Both the position numbers and the translations under genes were made by a program. This document shows, in pieces, positions 38,833 through 53,879 of a stretch of DNA of 64,000 bases. Within the stretch, counting starts at the first letter, position 1; every line of letters begins with the position of its first letter. The notes beneath the pieces are model-generated. The model worked only from the letters and a program-made list of their open reading frames with translations, was not told where the DNA came from and made no database searches. Source of the DNA: Octopus sinensis (lineage: Eukaryota); contig NC_042998.1 of the NCBI RefSeq assembly GCF_006345805.1, positions 166,284,001 to 166,348,000 on the forward strand. Reading direction: 5' to 3'.

Positions 38833-39413
38833 TATGTCTTAATTAGATCCATGATAGGCAAAAGTTGCCATGAAACAGTGCTAACAAAGAACTTTTTTTT
38901 TTTTTTACAGTTCGTAGAATATCTAATTTTTGATCTTGTAATGTTTCAACATTTGTGCAAAATTAATGATTTAAGAGTAATTGTTTAGAACGTAAGAAAA
39001 ATATCCATAATGGCTTTGTGAAGTTTCTCGTAGATGTTCGTCATAAATCAGCACGTTTTAACACGTGTGAGCTCAATCAAATACTATCAAATACGTGTTA
39101 GTTATACCGAGCAAATGACAAGAATCGTACGTTCTATTAAGGCAATAAAGCCACCAGATAATGAGATGTTTCGAACTGAAGTTGACGTATCTTTTCTTTT
39201 ATTTGTTTCAGTCATTAGACTGCAGCCAAGCTGGGGAACAGCTTTGAAGAACTTTTAGTTGAATGAAACGACCCAGGTATTTATTTTTATCCTATCTGGG
39301 TCTTTTGTCGAACTGCTAAGTTACGGGAACGTAAGCACCACGATACCAGTTGTCAAGCACTGTGGAGAAGAGGGCGACAAATACACACACATTTAATATA
39401 AATGCAAGACTGA

Positions 39414-39466
<53 letters not shown>

Positions 39467-39625
39467 TATATTATGCAAACACACAGTTGCATAATCAAGT
39501 ACCTGTATTCTTGGAGAACTCGTTGCGTCGAAACAATTGTAGCGAATAATAAATAAATGTCCAACCGTAATCCTTCTTCCTGACTCCAATTTCTTCAATT
39601 ATATATATATATATATATATATATA

Positions 39626-40330
39626 CGCAGGGGTACCCAAAAGAAACCGGAATTTTGCAATGTTATCTTATTCACTTAGTTTTACATGTTTACTTTTATC
39701 GCCTTCAAAGTATTCTCCATTTGAAGCAATGCATCGGTCCAGACACTTTTTCCACTGTTAGAAGCAGTATTGGAACTCTTGTGAAGTGATTCCTTTTAAC
39801 GCTTCCGAAATACTTTTTCTTCACCTCTTCCACATCTGCAAATTCCGTAGCACTACCTTTAGTCACCAGTGATGACTTTCTAAAAAAGGTAAGGATCAAC
39901 TTCCATCTGTCTTTACAGTCCATGACACTTTTTTTTAGCCGTGACTGCTTTTGATCTTCCGTGAGCAAGCGAGGCACAAATTTTGCTCAACTCTTTTTTT
40001 TTTCGTAATTCCTCGCTGAAAAATCATTGGATGGAGCTCCAGGACACACCAGTTGTATCAACAAGTACGTCAATTGTTCTGTGACGGTCCTCCAAGATCA
40101 GTCCATGAATTTTCATGATGTTTTCATTCGTTCGGGTGGTCGACGGTCGTCCTGAATTAGGTTGGTCTTCAAGCGACAAATAATCATTCATAAAACGTAT
40201 GTTTTGCTCATGGCAGCGTCTTTGTAAGGTGTGTAAAGCGTGACAACTATTTTGACCGCCTTAATCCTCAGCAGAAAATAGAATTTTACGGAGGCACGCT
40301 GTTCCTTCGTTTCAGCCATCGCAAAACTCG
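39626..40330 (-). mobile_element. Mariner, internally deleted copy of the 12.6-kb family
   Basis: 3' TIR cgcaggggtacccaaaagaaaccgg. MAETKEQRASVK..VPRLLTEDQK..VITGD is joined directly to FADVEEVK, so the catalytic core is deleted. Confidence 0.88.
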
Positions 40331-42617
40331 AAAAACAGGGGAGAAGCACTGCAAAACAAAGCCGCTCCACGTGGCAGTATGACCTCAATGGACAACGCCG
40401 GTCAGCAGACGGTCGAAATGCCGTTAAGCATTTTGCCCGGCGTGCTAAAGATTCTTCCAGCTCTCCGCCCGATGCGAGATTTAAATATTGATAACAAAAA
40501 AGACCTATGTCGCAATATACACACGCACATAAACATAAACGTATATACATGCGCACAAGCAATTAAGCACTCATTCATATACGCATACATTTACAGATAA
40601 ATCGCTGTCTACCCTAACCGCTTTCAATCTTCACTGCCCATAATCATATCATCACTGCTTTCTTCAATAACCTCCATTCTGCCTTCTCACATACACACTT
40701 TCTTTACTGTACTTACTCCCTTGGCTAATATTGCAACCCTCTCCCTTTCTTTATTCCTAATATATATTTATTTCCCTTCATCTTACTCCTTCATACCTTT
40801 CTTTCTCTCATATCTTATCCCTTTTCCATTTAAGCATATATTCATCTTTCTTTTTATGTATCTATTCACGAAGTACATCTGCCATTTCCAGAGTGCATCA
40901 GTGGTAGTCACCTCCATAATACTACGTAAGCACATTAAATTTGATAGATCAAAGGCTTCAAAACATGCACCCCGGAGCTCTTTAATAACAAGCTTAAATC
41001 GTCGCTCTCGGCAAGTCGTTTAAGTTAGCCCGATAATTGCTTTTACTCCAGCCGTCGCCGTGTTCATTAATTCATTAATCGACATTTCGTATCAACAGTT
41101 GGCAATACATACATACATGCATACATACATACATACATACATACATACATACATACATACATACATACAAACACAAACACACATACACACGCGCGCGCGC
41201 ACACACACATATAGCGTCCAGGAGGCTTTAATGCTTCTACACTTACTGTCCCAATTAATTTTAAAATTCTCCTTCACTTCTTCTTCCCCCTCCTCCCCCT
41301 CCTCCTCCTCCTCATCATCATAACCACCACCACCACCATCATCGTCGTCGTCGTCGTCGTCGTCCTCCTCCTCCTCCTCCTCATCATCATCATCATCGAG
41401 TGAAAAGGTTATTGGGTTGGACTTTCGGCTCGGACTATGGATAACTTTTAATATCCCTGGTCAGGATTTTTAGCAGAGCAAATTGCCGATTCGTGATAAC
41501 ATCATTAACCGTATCAGTCGGATAACTACGCAAGGTAGTGAAATCACTTTTGGACGTACTTGTGGAGTTTATCTCTAACTGATGTTGTCACGTGTCGGAC
41601 CGATTTGGTTATCAACCGATTTCACTGAGGGGATCGCATGGTCCTGAGGTGCCTCAGGACCAACTAAAAATGAGATAAAATATCCATGGGAAACGGTATC
41701 GATTTTACAGTTATAGCCGGTGTTCTTTTTATAATTTTCAATACCATAAGACATGATCGAAGCCCATTCAAATATATCATCTCCACCTTTCACCCGGCGG
41801 TTGTTTTTTTTTACAATAGGAAAAATTTATATTATTTAATCTCAACCGAAGCAATTTGTAGAATTGTAGAATTGTTTGTATTATTTTACTTGCTCTGCCT
41901 AAGGTGAAGAGCTGACAAAGTCGTTACTCTACTTGACAAAATACTTAACGGCATTTCTTCCGAATTCTTCTGAATTCAAATGCTGTCGAGGTCAGCTTCG
42001 CCTTTCATCCTTTTCGGGTCAATAAAATAATAACCAGTCTAGTATTGGGGTCAATGTAGTCGGCTGTTACAAACCTTTAAATTTCAGGTCTTATGCTTAC
42101 AATAAAAAGGCTTATACTGTTCTGTATAAGGCGACGGACTGGGTGAGTCGTTGCCGCTCTGGACAGAATTTTTAACAGCATTTCTTCCGGCTCTTTACAC
42201 CCTGAGTTCAAAAATCTACTGAGTTCGATTTTCCTTTCATCCTTTCGGTGTAAATAAAATAAGAATTTATCAAGTACTGGGGTTGATGTAATTAACTTCG
42301 CCTCCTCATCTAAAAAAAATTGCCTGCTTTGTACCAAAATTAGAAAAGTATTTTACTGCACTGTTTGCTATAAAGACTATTACAATTTAAGTGGTGTATT
42401 TCGTTGAGTGGTATGCTGTGTGATTAGTGTGCTATGTTTTGTTTTAGTGTTGGGCGATGAATCTATAGAATATACACTATAACACAGCACATAAATATGT
42501 AGCAACTGTAAAGAATGAGAATTATGTGAGATATCATAGCGCCATCTATCGATTGTGTATAGGTATATGTTGTGTGAATTTATTGGTAAATTGTTGTGCA
42601 GAATATATATTTTTTTT

Positions 42618-43010
42618 TTACTTGTTTCAGTCATTTGACTGCGGCCATGCTGGAGCACCGCCTTTAGTCGAGCAAATCGACCCCGGGACTTATTCTTTGT
42701 AAGCCCAGTACTTATTCTATCGGTCTCTTTTGCCGAACCGCTAAGTGACGGGGACGTAAACACACCACCATCGGTTGTCAAGCAATGCTAAGGGGACAAA
42801 CACAGACACACAAACACACACATACATATATACATATATACATATATACGACAGGCTTCTTTCAGTTTCCGTCTACCAAATCCACTCACAAGGCTTTGGT
42901 CGGCCCGGGGCTATAGCAGAAGACACTTGCCCAAGATGCCACGCAGTGGGACTGAACCTGGAACCATGTGGTTGGTTAGCAAGCTACTTACCACACAGTC
43001 ACTCCTGCGC
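42618..43010 (-). mobile_element. SINE family S1, near full length
   Basis: gcgcaggagtgactgtgtggtaagtagc..ggttcagtcccactgcgtggc..aaatgactgaaacaagtaaaaaa. Confidence 0.9.
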
Positions 43011-43999
43011 TTGTATTATTTATATAATTTGTTTTTGATTCTGTAGATTAATCACTGCGAGTTATGTTATTTTATTAGTGGTGATTATGTAACGCATGTT
43101 TTGTGTTATATTATTTGGTTGCGATGTCGTGATTTATGTTTTGTCTGCGCTGTAATAGTTTTTAATGGTCATTATGGAGTGTATGTGTGATTATATTAAT
43201 TGGTGAGGATCCCACTGTAACTCAACTCTTAAGTTGGATCATTAGTGTAACACTGACACTCTGGTCATCTAATGAGCTAACTTTCTTTATCTGCATTGAT
43301 TTGTAAATGTACAATATTGTATAATGCATAGCATGCACATTAGTGCAGACATGTAAACATGCTTTATTATACCCTGAAATTATTATTACGCGCAGAAGGC
43401 TGCGAAACGGCCGTAATCCTAAAGATGACAAGTGGTTAAATAAATATATTCACCGCCCATACCACCTGAGTTTTTGTGGTACATCGACCCCAGTATTCAA
43501 CCAGTACTTATTTTATCGAAACCGAAAGGATGAAAGGCAAAGACGACATCGGCTGCAGCAAATATTCTGCTCAATACCACAGATTTGATTGTCAGTTGTT
43601 TGACCTTGACCAGTTGAGCATGTCCCATAGTGGCTCATCCCTGATCACAAGCAGACGTAATGGGGGAGTATCATAACTATGTGTTGAGAGGAATTCTTTG
43701 GGATTTGGATAATTCAACTTTGGAAATATGGGTGTTTCGTTCAACATCCTTAAACAACCTTTATTCAAGGACCATTTGAGCGAGATGAGCTACTCGACCT
43801 GTAGAAAATTCTAACTGGGCCCTACCTGCAAGGTAATGCACTGTTTATCTTGATATGAAATCACCATGTCGCGCACATATGGTTGTGATGCATGTCCCTG
43901 GTGTATCTTTATCAGACGGGTGGTCATGATGGTTATACCGGGTTTCGTATATTTTACCCCAGTGTCACTTTGATGTCATGCACTGTTCTTTCACTTAGT

Positions 44000-44393
44000 A
44001 ATAATAATATATCTGAATCCTCAACACTACGCACTATCCCGAGAATAGCCCTGCTAATAACGGCCCATATCCTACGCAAGACACTGACCGAAACAAAGCA
44101 GCCTACAAACACAAGATACACTCTATACAGTAATTACCCAGTGAAGTAAACTTCAACAAGGAAGTTAGATAACTAATACATTACACACTGAAAACGCAAA
44201 ACAAGCAGTAACACAACAAAAGACTGTACCTCACCTCAAGAGGGAATAAAACTAACTCAATACAGTACCGGGAAATGTTTGCACACACCCAACGCCAGAA
44301 AAGAACAAACAATGCTGCACTCACCCCAGCAACACGGAGGTGTAGTAGGTGATGCAGTAGAAATTTACCTCAACCTACCAAATGTTGAACAGT
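44000..44393 (+). mobile_element. R4/Dong-like 3' end
   Basis: IALLITAHILRKTL plus a 3' UTR homologous to 33211-33345, followed by (TAA)n. Confidence 0.8.
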
Positions 44394-44452
<59 letters not shown>

Positions 44453-44665
44453 TTTTCAAATTTTGCCACAAGGGCAGCAATTTTTGGGAAGGGGATGAGT
44501 TGATTACATTTACCCCAGTGTTCAACTGGTACTTATTTTATTGACACCGAAAAGATGAAAGGTAAAGTTGACCTCGGCAGGATTTGAACTCAGAACGTAG
44601 CGACGGACGAAATATCGCTAAGCATTTGGTTCGGTGCGCTAACGATTCAGCCAGGTTGCTGCCCC

Positions 44666-44697
<32 letters not shown>

Positions 44698-47079
44698 TAA
44701 TAATAAATAGATTAAAACAAGATAGACCTAAAAGCATGAGAAAGAGAAAGTGAAAATTTAGGAAGGAAAAGAAGAGCGAAAATACAAATTCAACTGACAA
44801 CAAAAGTTCCACCACCAACAACAACTACAACAACACTTCTTTTGCTAGCAAGAAAAATATATAGTAGGTATGGATTAACTCCAAGCAAAAGGTGTGTTGA
44901 ATAAGAGAAGGTCTCTTTTCCTTAGGAATTGATCATGACAGAAGAGGAAGGTGACTGAATACATGCATTTTCCAAAGAAGTGGGGAAATTGTCCATAAAC
45001 CCTCGAAGAAGAATTTCATGAAAATCCTGGTCGAAGAGTAGGGAGCAAGGAATACAGAATGCATCTCTTCCTTAAGACCAAAATCCAAGTGTGTGTTGTG
45101 CGTTGTACATCTACGTATTGGAACTTCAGTAGAAGAGAAAAAAACAATCCGAGAATCATAGCCAGAGATATTGATACCAGTGTTAACTTGAAGTTGTTGT
45201 TACCTTTGCAGCTCAGAACAGGTAGGCAGTAAGCAAGAAGATGGGAGTCTATATGGATATCCTGATCTTGATGATAGGCGAAGCGTATAAGTATAATCAT
45301 AAGTATACTTCACTGAGGAGGCAGGGAAGGTGAGTATGGATTATGGTGGTCCCTGAACACCATAGGCTTTTCGCTATATACACGAAAGTAGATCACACCA
45401 GGGCACGTGGTGAAGCAGTTATACTACACATATTAAACGGTTCAGATTCGTTATATAAGCATACATACATACATACATACGTACGTACGTACGTATGTAT
45501 GTATGCATGTATGTATGTACGTATTTATGTGCATGTATGCATCTGTGTATGTATATAAATATATATGGAATAAAATTTTAAGCATACGTGATTATAAATA
45601 TGTTTATATAATTATAATACATGTGTACATGTATATTAACTTTCAAATATAAGTATATTTTATTTAATTTTACTTAATTAATCACCAGAGGAAAATCAAC
45701 GCTGCTGACATAAATAAGCTTCTACAGACTTGTTAGATCATTGTGGTTGTCAATTCGAATAACCGAAACATGAGTCGGGGAAGAACTTGAGATTTTTGTT
45801 TCTGTGGCGGTGATGATTCGGCAAGTTTTACTGTCCTGGGTTGAGAGAAAGAGTAGAAATGTCGATAAACAGAAATATGAATGCATCAGTTGTACAGAAA
45901 TCGAGGTAGTATGCAGCCTAATTATTTCAAGAAATATGATCAATCGTATCAGGAGATCGAACTAGTGGTTGTTGAATATGGACATCGTTTGGATACGATC
46001 GAGGAGTGTAGTGTGTGTTTGTGCCTGCGCATGTATGTATGTGTGTATGTATGCATATGCATGTGAGTGTGTGCGCTTGTGTCCAAGGTATGACTTTTAT
46101 GTGCGTGCATGCGTTAATGCACTGCGTATGACTTTAAACCTCATCTGGTAACTGGGTCCTGGTTCGGAAGTTCAAGACTTATGGGGAACGTGAAACCACC
46201 TATCCTCACTCCCTTGACTGTTCCTAGCTCTATTCTGGCCCGAAGCAGTAGCACCTGTCAGAGTTTCAATCATGGGTTAATTAGCTTATTAGGGCTTGCC
46301 GAGATATACAAGTGAAGACTAAATCCGGCGGATTATGCAGAAGTTACCATGATGGTTGAACGGAGGGGAAGGTAGCTGCAGTAACGCATTGTGGAGTGCA
46401 GAGGGCAAGATGAGGTAAGTGAGACATTTTGGTCATCCATTGCATCTGTCTCTTTCTCTAGTCGTCTTGATCTGGTCTTACCATTCGACCGAAGATGGTC
46501 TTGGACAAGAAAGTGAGGGTGACGTTATGCAACTCACCGCGCAACTAAACAGTCATCCTTTAAGACGACTAGATGGCCTTCGTGGCTCCGACAGACGGAC
46601 ATAGATACCGTTGTGTAGTAAAATCACTCTACCAAATATATGAGCAGTACTCGAATTCAGGTTTGGAGCACATACGATAGTCAAAATTTGATCACAGCTG
46701 TTCTACTATCATGCTCTCTAGTGGAATTCTTAATGATGCGATTTTGTCAATGAATGATTAAAAATAATTGAAAGTGCTGTCGTATCCTTAGAAAGTTTTG
46801 TATGAGTAGAAGTACCGAAAGTCGGAAATAAAAGTGCCTATAGGAATATATTGGAGACATAACCGATCTTTTATCGTAAACCATAATTTACAGAACGACG
46901 CGAAAAGCGTGCTTTTTCGTTTCCTATGTCACACTGGAAACTACCATGTTTAGGATGTCACTATTTGTGAAAGAAGAAAATGAGATAGTAATAATGTGGT
47001 GTATGTCGGAACATGACGTTTTTATTGTCTTCTCTATTATTGGCCCACAAACGTTGCATTCACAAATACATACCACACT

Positions 47080-47190
<111 letters not shown>

Positions 47191-47806
47191 CAATATAATA
47201 TATATATATATACCAAGCTCCATCCATCTGTCCATACCTACCTACCTACCTACCTACCTACCTACCTACCTACCTACATTACATACATACATACCATACA
47301 TACATACATACATACATACATACATACATACATACATACATACGTACGTACGTACATACATATTACAAGACTATAGAAGAAAGATACAGTAGAAGCTCAA
47401 AATACCGTACCGTGAGACTAAACCCGAAACTAAGTGGGTGCAAAGAGTTCTTCTTAACCAAGTAGGCGGTCTTGTAGCTATAATCAATAAGTTTAATCTA
47501 TTACTGTCAGTAATAGCAGTACTCACAGTTATGAATTGAAGTTTTTGCTGCTGAATTTATTTCTTCTTTCGAGGCTTAAGATTAGATCTTCTGCTATATT
47601 CGATCGTTCAGGCAAGAAAGAAAAAAAAAAAAGAACTATATTCCGTTTCATTGTGAGAAGGTTCATATGTTCTAGCAGCAATGAAGTTAATTATTAACTT
47701 CAAACGGATAAAAGTTCTATACAACATTGTATCTATTCCTTACCGTTTATCCTGCTTTATGCATATATATATATTATATATATATATATTATATAGATAT
47801 ATATAT

Positions 47807-47860
<54 letters not shown>

Positions 47861-47872
47861 GTATATATATGT

Positions 47873-47922
<50 letters not shown>

Positions 47923-47954
47923 TATACATATACATATATATATATATGTATATA

Positions 47955-48008
<54 letters not shown>

Positions 48009-49200
48009 GCATATCTGGGCACGGGACGTCACGAACGTGTACAAAAAAAAATACGAAGTATGAGTACATGGAATATGAACTAGTTTTCCGAACAAAGAAA
48101 TACACAAATGGAAAACAAGACGAACAACACAAAAAATGACCCTTCATCAGTTGCTGGATGTTTTTCTACTCTCGTATTTCGAGCGTTTAACAACAAGATA
48201 CGCTTTCGATAGAACAGTTGCTTCCGCATAGTAAATTAAATAAAATTTGGGATTTTGCGGGGGTCAAAATTGGTAACACAAACAGGACAGTAAAAACAAT
48301 CAGGAAGGGCTGCTAAGCCTAAACGAGGTTGTGGTGGCGAACGCGCAAATCAAGCTTGGACAGGAGTCAGACAAGAACACTTTCCTTGATCCAGCTACAA
48401 CGGACGGAAGAAAGAAACACAAGTTAGGAGAAGAAAAACGGTCGAGGTAAAGTAGTGAACGTTGGAGAAATATTGTCTTTGATAAGAAAAAACATAGATG
48501 AGGAGATAGATAGGAATACGTGCAGTCTGTACGACAGCACTGAAGGAATAATATGATCACGTGAGAAAAGAAAGATGGATGATGGTCACATGTGATCAAC
48601 GAGAGCGAGTAAAGGAGGAAGAGGGAGGGAGAGAGAGAGAGAGACAGACAGACAGATAGAAAACGGTGAAGGGGCGAAAGAAGAATTAGAGAAAGGACGA
48701 GAGGAAAGGAAAGGGAGAGAGAGGGAGAGAACATTTTCAGGTAAGTTTATCGTAATATTTTTGATGCGACTGTAACCTTTACTGTTCTCTCTCTCGCCCA
48801 CATTTCGTTTTTCTTCATCTTTTCTCTAATTCTTTTTTCTCCCCTTCGTTGTTTTCTACCTCCCTCGCTTTTCTTCCTTCCTTACTCTCTCTCTCGTTGC
48901 TCACACATCACCATCGTCCATCTTTCCTTGTATGTCTCCAGTATCCTGTTTTTGCTACCAAATTTGACCCTCCACAAATCTCAAATTTTGTTTTGGATCG
49001 CGGGAGCAACTGCCTTCAAAGTCTTATATAGTCGCTCAATGCTCGAAATAAGAAGTAGAAGGACAGCTGACAACTAATGAAGGGTCGTTTTTTATGTGAC
49101 TTGTCTCGTTTCCATTTGTTTCTCTCGTTGTTTGCGTACCCAACTTTATTTTCGTATTTCATGTTTACCTCTTGTGACGTCCTGTACCCATAAATGCATA
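48009..49200. mobile_element. Large decayed foldback, probably PLE-derived
   Basis: 48009-48290 is inverted against 48940-49200 and 48570-48620 against 48893-48927. Purine tract mirrored by a pyrimidine tract, (TA)n flanks. A mini-copy with 17-bp inverted ends lies at 49276-49450. Confidence 0.7.
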
Positions 49201-49466
49201 TCTACATACATATATATGTACGCATGTACATATATGTATGTATATATGCATATATATATTTATATATATATATACATGGGTACAGGACGTTACCAACAGT
49301 GCTCGAAATGAGAAGATAGACAGCTGACAACTGACGAAGGGTCATCTTTATGTTACGTGTCCTGTTTTCCATTTGTTTCTCTCGTTGTTTGAGTATGAAC
49401 TCATTTGATTTTGTCTTCCATGTTGTTTAATAACGTCCTGTGCCCCTATATGGATGTGTGTATATA

Positions 49467-49517
<51 letters not shown>

Positions 49518-49537
49518 TATAATATATATATATATAT

Positions 49538-49748
49538 GTCGCCATGATAGATCGTTAAGCCACAACACACATCTTTTTCTCTCCCTGTTTCTCTCCTTGT
49601 TTTTTTGTGTTCTCCCTTTCTGTGTAGAAGAGCGTAGGCTCGAAACGTAAAAGACTTTTTCTATTCCTGAGCGTTATACTAATACATCTGTCTGTTTTGT
49701 ACACCACCTGTCTCGTCTTGTTGTTTTCGTAAACTTCCCTAATTATAA
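49538..49748 (+). mobile_element. PLE pseudo-LTR fragment with hammerhead-variant motif
   Basis: cttt-ctgtgtagaa-gagc(gtag)gctc-GAAA-cg-UA/aaag at 49616-49653. Same family as 54917-54954. Between (TA)n tracts. Confidence 0.65.
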
Positions 49749-49755
49749 TAGATAT

Positions 49756-49789
<34 letters not shown>

Positions 49790-49797
49790 ATATAATA

Positions 49798-49881
<84 letters not shown>

Positions 49882-50461
49882 CAACATATATATATATATA
49901 TATATATGTGTGTATATATACTATATATATATATTATATATATATATATATATGCATATATATATATATATATATTATATATATGCATATATGTATATAT
50001 ATTTTTATATTATTATTTGATTGAATGCAACGCATCCATTTCCAAATAACTTTATATATATCGGTTAAAGTAGTGAGGAAGGCAAACAATTAGTCAAACA
50101 ATTAGTTTGGGTTACCTTGACCTAAAGTTCTCATATCTTCTATATATATAGATTAATAGACACACACACGCATACACATATATATCGTGATTTTTCTGCT
50201 CGATGAGAATAGATATAATATTCTCAGTCTATAAAATATTATATATATTGTGCTTTGCGTATTTTGTTCTTCTAATTTTTATAAAACCAAATACACACAC
50301 AATCACACAAACACAAACTCATACACACACACACCTACTCACACAATCACAGATACACACACACACATGCACATATAATGTTTTACGATGATTTCATTTA
50401 TTTTCATTTTGCTTCAAAGGCAAATAATTTTCATACACACATTCGCGCGCAGATATATACA

Positions 50462-50539
<78 letters not shown>

Positions 50540-50859
50540 CCACATAAATATGCACTTAGTCATATCCATAAAAAATTTTCCCGAAGCTTTTATAGCATTT
50601 TTCAAATGATTTCCCTGAGTCTTTTTTTGTTTTCCCTTTCATTTTTATTTGTATTCTTTACTTCCATATTATGCAACAGTCACGATGGCGCCAAAGTATA
50701 AATGTGCATCCTTTTCGATGACAAATATGTTAGTAATTGCACAATAACTATTGTGTCTAGTGTACAGATTCCAAAACCAGAACATTCTTTCAACACCGTA
50801 ATAGTCTTCTGCCAGTGATATGTTGGAAACCCACCTTATACTGCCCAAATATGACAATG

Positions 50860-50907
<48 letters not shown>

Positions 50908-50980
50908 TAATAATAATAACAATAATAATAACAACAATAATAATAATAATGATAATAATAATAATAATAATTACAACAAC

Positions 50981-51011
<31 letters not shown>

Positions 51012-51209
51012 TAATAATAATAATAATAATAATAATTATTATTATTATTATTATTATTATTATCATTATTATTATTGAGTGAGAGAGCAGTGCATGTCAT
51101 CAAAGTGACACTGGAGTAAAATATACGAAGGCCAGTATACCCATCATGACTACCCATCTGATAAGGGTACACCAGGCACATGCATCACTATTATTATTAT
51201 TATTATTAT

Positions 51210-51926
51210 TGTTATTACTTTTTTTTTTCTTCTTTCAAATTTTCTTCCATTTCTTGCCGAGTGTCTTCCCGACTCCTTGGGCAAAGAAACTCATAGTGTA
51301 TATGGTAGGCCATTAAACCAAACTCAGTAGTTCGTTAATTTTTTTTTTTTTTTTTTTTTAAAGTTAAATTAAATACATGAGCAGCAACAGTTCTCACATC
51401 GACAATGCTCTTCTCAATACGTGTGATGTACCAGTTAAGACAATCTTTTGCACTTCTTGCAGGGATGGTAAGCCAGGATCATTCTCATATAATTTCGGTT
51501 CCCTTCTTGATCATTCCTAGTGCTCCTACGATCACTGGTATTGTAACCGCCTTGAGATGCCACATTTTCTCAATTTCAATGAGTAGGGTCTTTATATTTT
51601 CTGAGCTTGTCAACTCTTTCGCTGAGATATTATGATCACAGGGGATGCTCATGTCGATCAATAAGCAAACTTTATTGTTTTGGTCTTTCACAACAATATC
51701 TGGTTTATTGGCCTTGATGGTTCGGTCTGTACGTACTGGAAAGTCCCACAGAATGGTTACATTTTCTCCTTCAGTTACAGCCTCAGGGTGGTGATTATAC
51801 CACTTGTCGGCAGTTTTGATATTGTAATGCCGACTTATTAGCCAGTGGAGATATTGGCCAACTCTGTCATGTCTTAATTTATACTCCACTGGTGCTAAGA
51901 CTTTACATCCAGAGATTAGGTGGTCC

Positions 51927-51928
<2 letters not shown>
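51210..51928 (-). mobile_element. R4/Dong-like 3' fragment
   Basis: DHLISGCKVLAPVEYKLRHDRVG..LWDFPVRTDRTIKANKPDIV..IDMSIP..IPVIVGALG. Bounded by (TAA)n. Confidence 0.9.
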
Positions 51929-51978
<50 letters not shown>

Positions 51979-52208
51979 CATCATCATTATTTGTTAAAGG
52001 CGGCGAGTTGGCAGAATCGTTAGCACGCCGAGCGAAATGCTTAGCAGTATTTTGTCTGTCACTACGTTCTGTGTTCAAATTCTCCTGAGGTCGACTTTGC
52101 CTTCCGTCCATTCGGGTTCGATGAATTAAGTACCAGTAAAACACTGGGTCGATATAATCGACATATCTTCTCACGAAAACTGGCTGCCCTCGCGGAAAAT
52201 TTTGAAAC

Positions 52209-52265
<57 letters not shown>

Positions 52266-52514
52266 GATTATGATTATTATTATTATTGAGTGAGAGAGCA
52301 GTGCATGCCATCAAAGTGACACTGGGGTAAAATATACGAAGCCCAGTATACCTATCATGACTACCCGTCTGATTAGGGTACACCAGGCACATGCATCACA
52401 ACCATATGTGCGCGACATGGTGATCTCATATGAAGATAAACAGCACATGACCTTGCAGGTGGGGCCCAGTTAGAATTTTCTTCTGGTCGAGTAAACCACC
52501 CGCTCAAAAGGTCC

Positions 52515-52594
<80 letters not shown>

Positions 52595-52830
52595 AAAGGC
52601 GGCGAGCTGGTAGAATCGTTAGCAGGCCGGGCGAAATGCCCAGCGGAAACTTGGTCTGTCATTAGGCTTTGAGTTCGAATTCCGCGAGGTCAATTTTGAC
52701 TTTCATCCTTTCGGGGTCGATAAAATGAGTACCAGTTACAGACTGAGGTCGATGTAATCGACTTTAACCCCTTCCACCAAAATTTGAGGCCTTGTGCTTC
52801 CAGTAGAAAGGATTATTGATATTGTTGTTG

Positions 52831-52888
<58 letters not shown>

Positions 52889-53246
52889 GTTCGATTCCAG
52901 TAGGTGATGGCACGTTGTTATTACTGCGCAGCGTGCTTCATAGGGTTGACATTGTTACTTTCATAGAGGAGCTTATATGTAGCATGTAGGCAGTCGATAA
53001 GGTTACATCGCCACACCTATAACTCTGGTTATGGAAGGTCTTCACCAAGTTTTAGACCATACTTTAGCTCACGGAGAAAACAGAAGATACATAGTCTTAT
53101 TCCGTCATATATGTACACCTATGCAATTCATATTGGTTAAGATATATATAGAATATGGAATAAATAAAACCCAAATTTTCCTGTCTTCTCTTTATGTGTG
53201 TGGGTATGTATGTGTGTATTTCATACATGAGAAACGGATATTCTCC

Positions 53247-53295
<49 letters not shown>

Positions 53296-53310
53296 TATAC
53301 ACACATATAC

Positions 53311-53341
<31 letters not shown>

Positions 53342-53357
53342 GTATATATATATATAT

Positions 53358-53388
<31 letters not shown>

Positions 53389-53473
53389 TTATACATACAC
53401 ACACATACATACACAGATACACGCACACAGACACACACATATGTATATATATACGCGCACATACACACACACA

Positions 53474-53856
53474 CAGGGTGCGATGGGTAAATTGTCGCCA
53501 TTTTATCATTTTAATTTCTCGTAGATGCATCGTTTGGTTTCGAGTTTGTCGATTACACAGTATAGTACGGTCAGTTCGGCACCGTCTGTGAGAAACGCAG
53601 CTCCAAAGATGGACTGAAGGCAAGGATTATAGCAGCATTCACCAACTTAGCAAAGAAACCGTGCGGTAGAGTTGCAGGCGATTTCGAAGCAGCTTGGAGG
53701 CCGTGGTTGAAGCCAATTGAGATTTTATTAAATAAATTTACTATTTAGTACTTCAAGATGTTATATGTAATTTTGGTAAATATATCTGTTAAAATGAGAT
53801 GTCAGTGCTATTTTCATTTCTGCGTAATTTAGACGACAGTTTATTCACCCCACCTT
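53474..53856 (+). mobile_element. Internally deleted Tc1/mariner-type element
   Basis: cagggtgcgatgggtaaattgtcg ... cgacagtttattcaccccaccttg as imperfect TIRs. Residual C-terminal transposase-like KDGLKARIIAAF. Confidence 0.6.
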
Positions 53857-53879
53857 GTATATATATATATATATATATA

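Noticed and set aside
41637-41663. 24-bp palindrome tggtcctgaggtgcctcaggacca
   Set aside because: Isolated short hairpin with no family context or ribozyme core.
44880-46620. Plus-strand host exons suggested by several AG/GT(A/G)AG sites
   Set aside because: The frames I tested contain stops and there is no recognisable protein motif.
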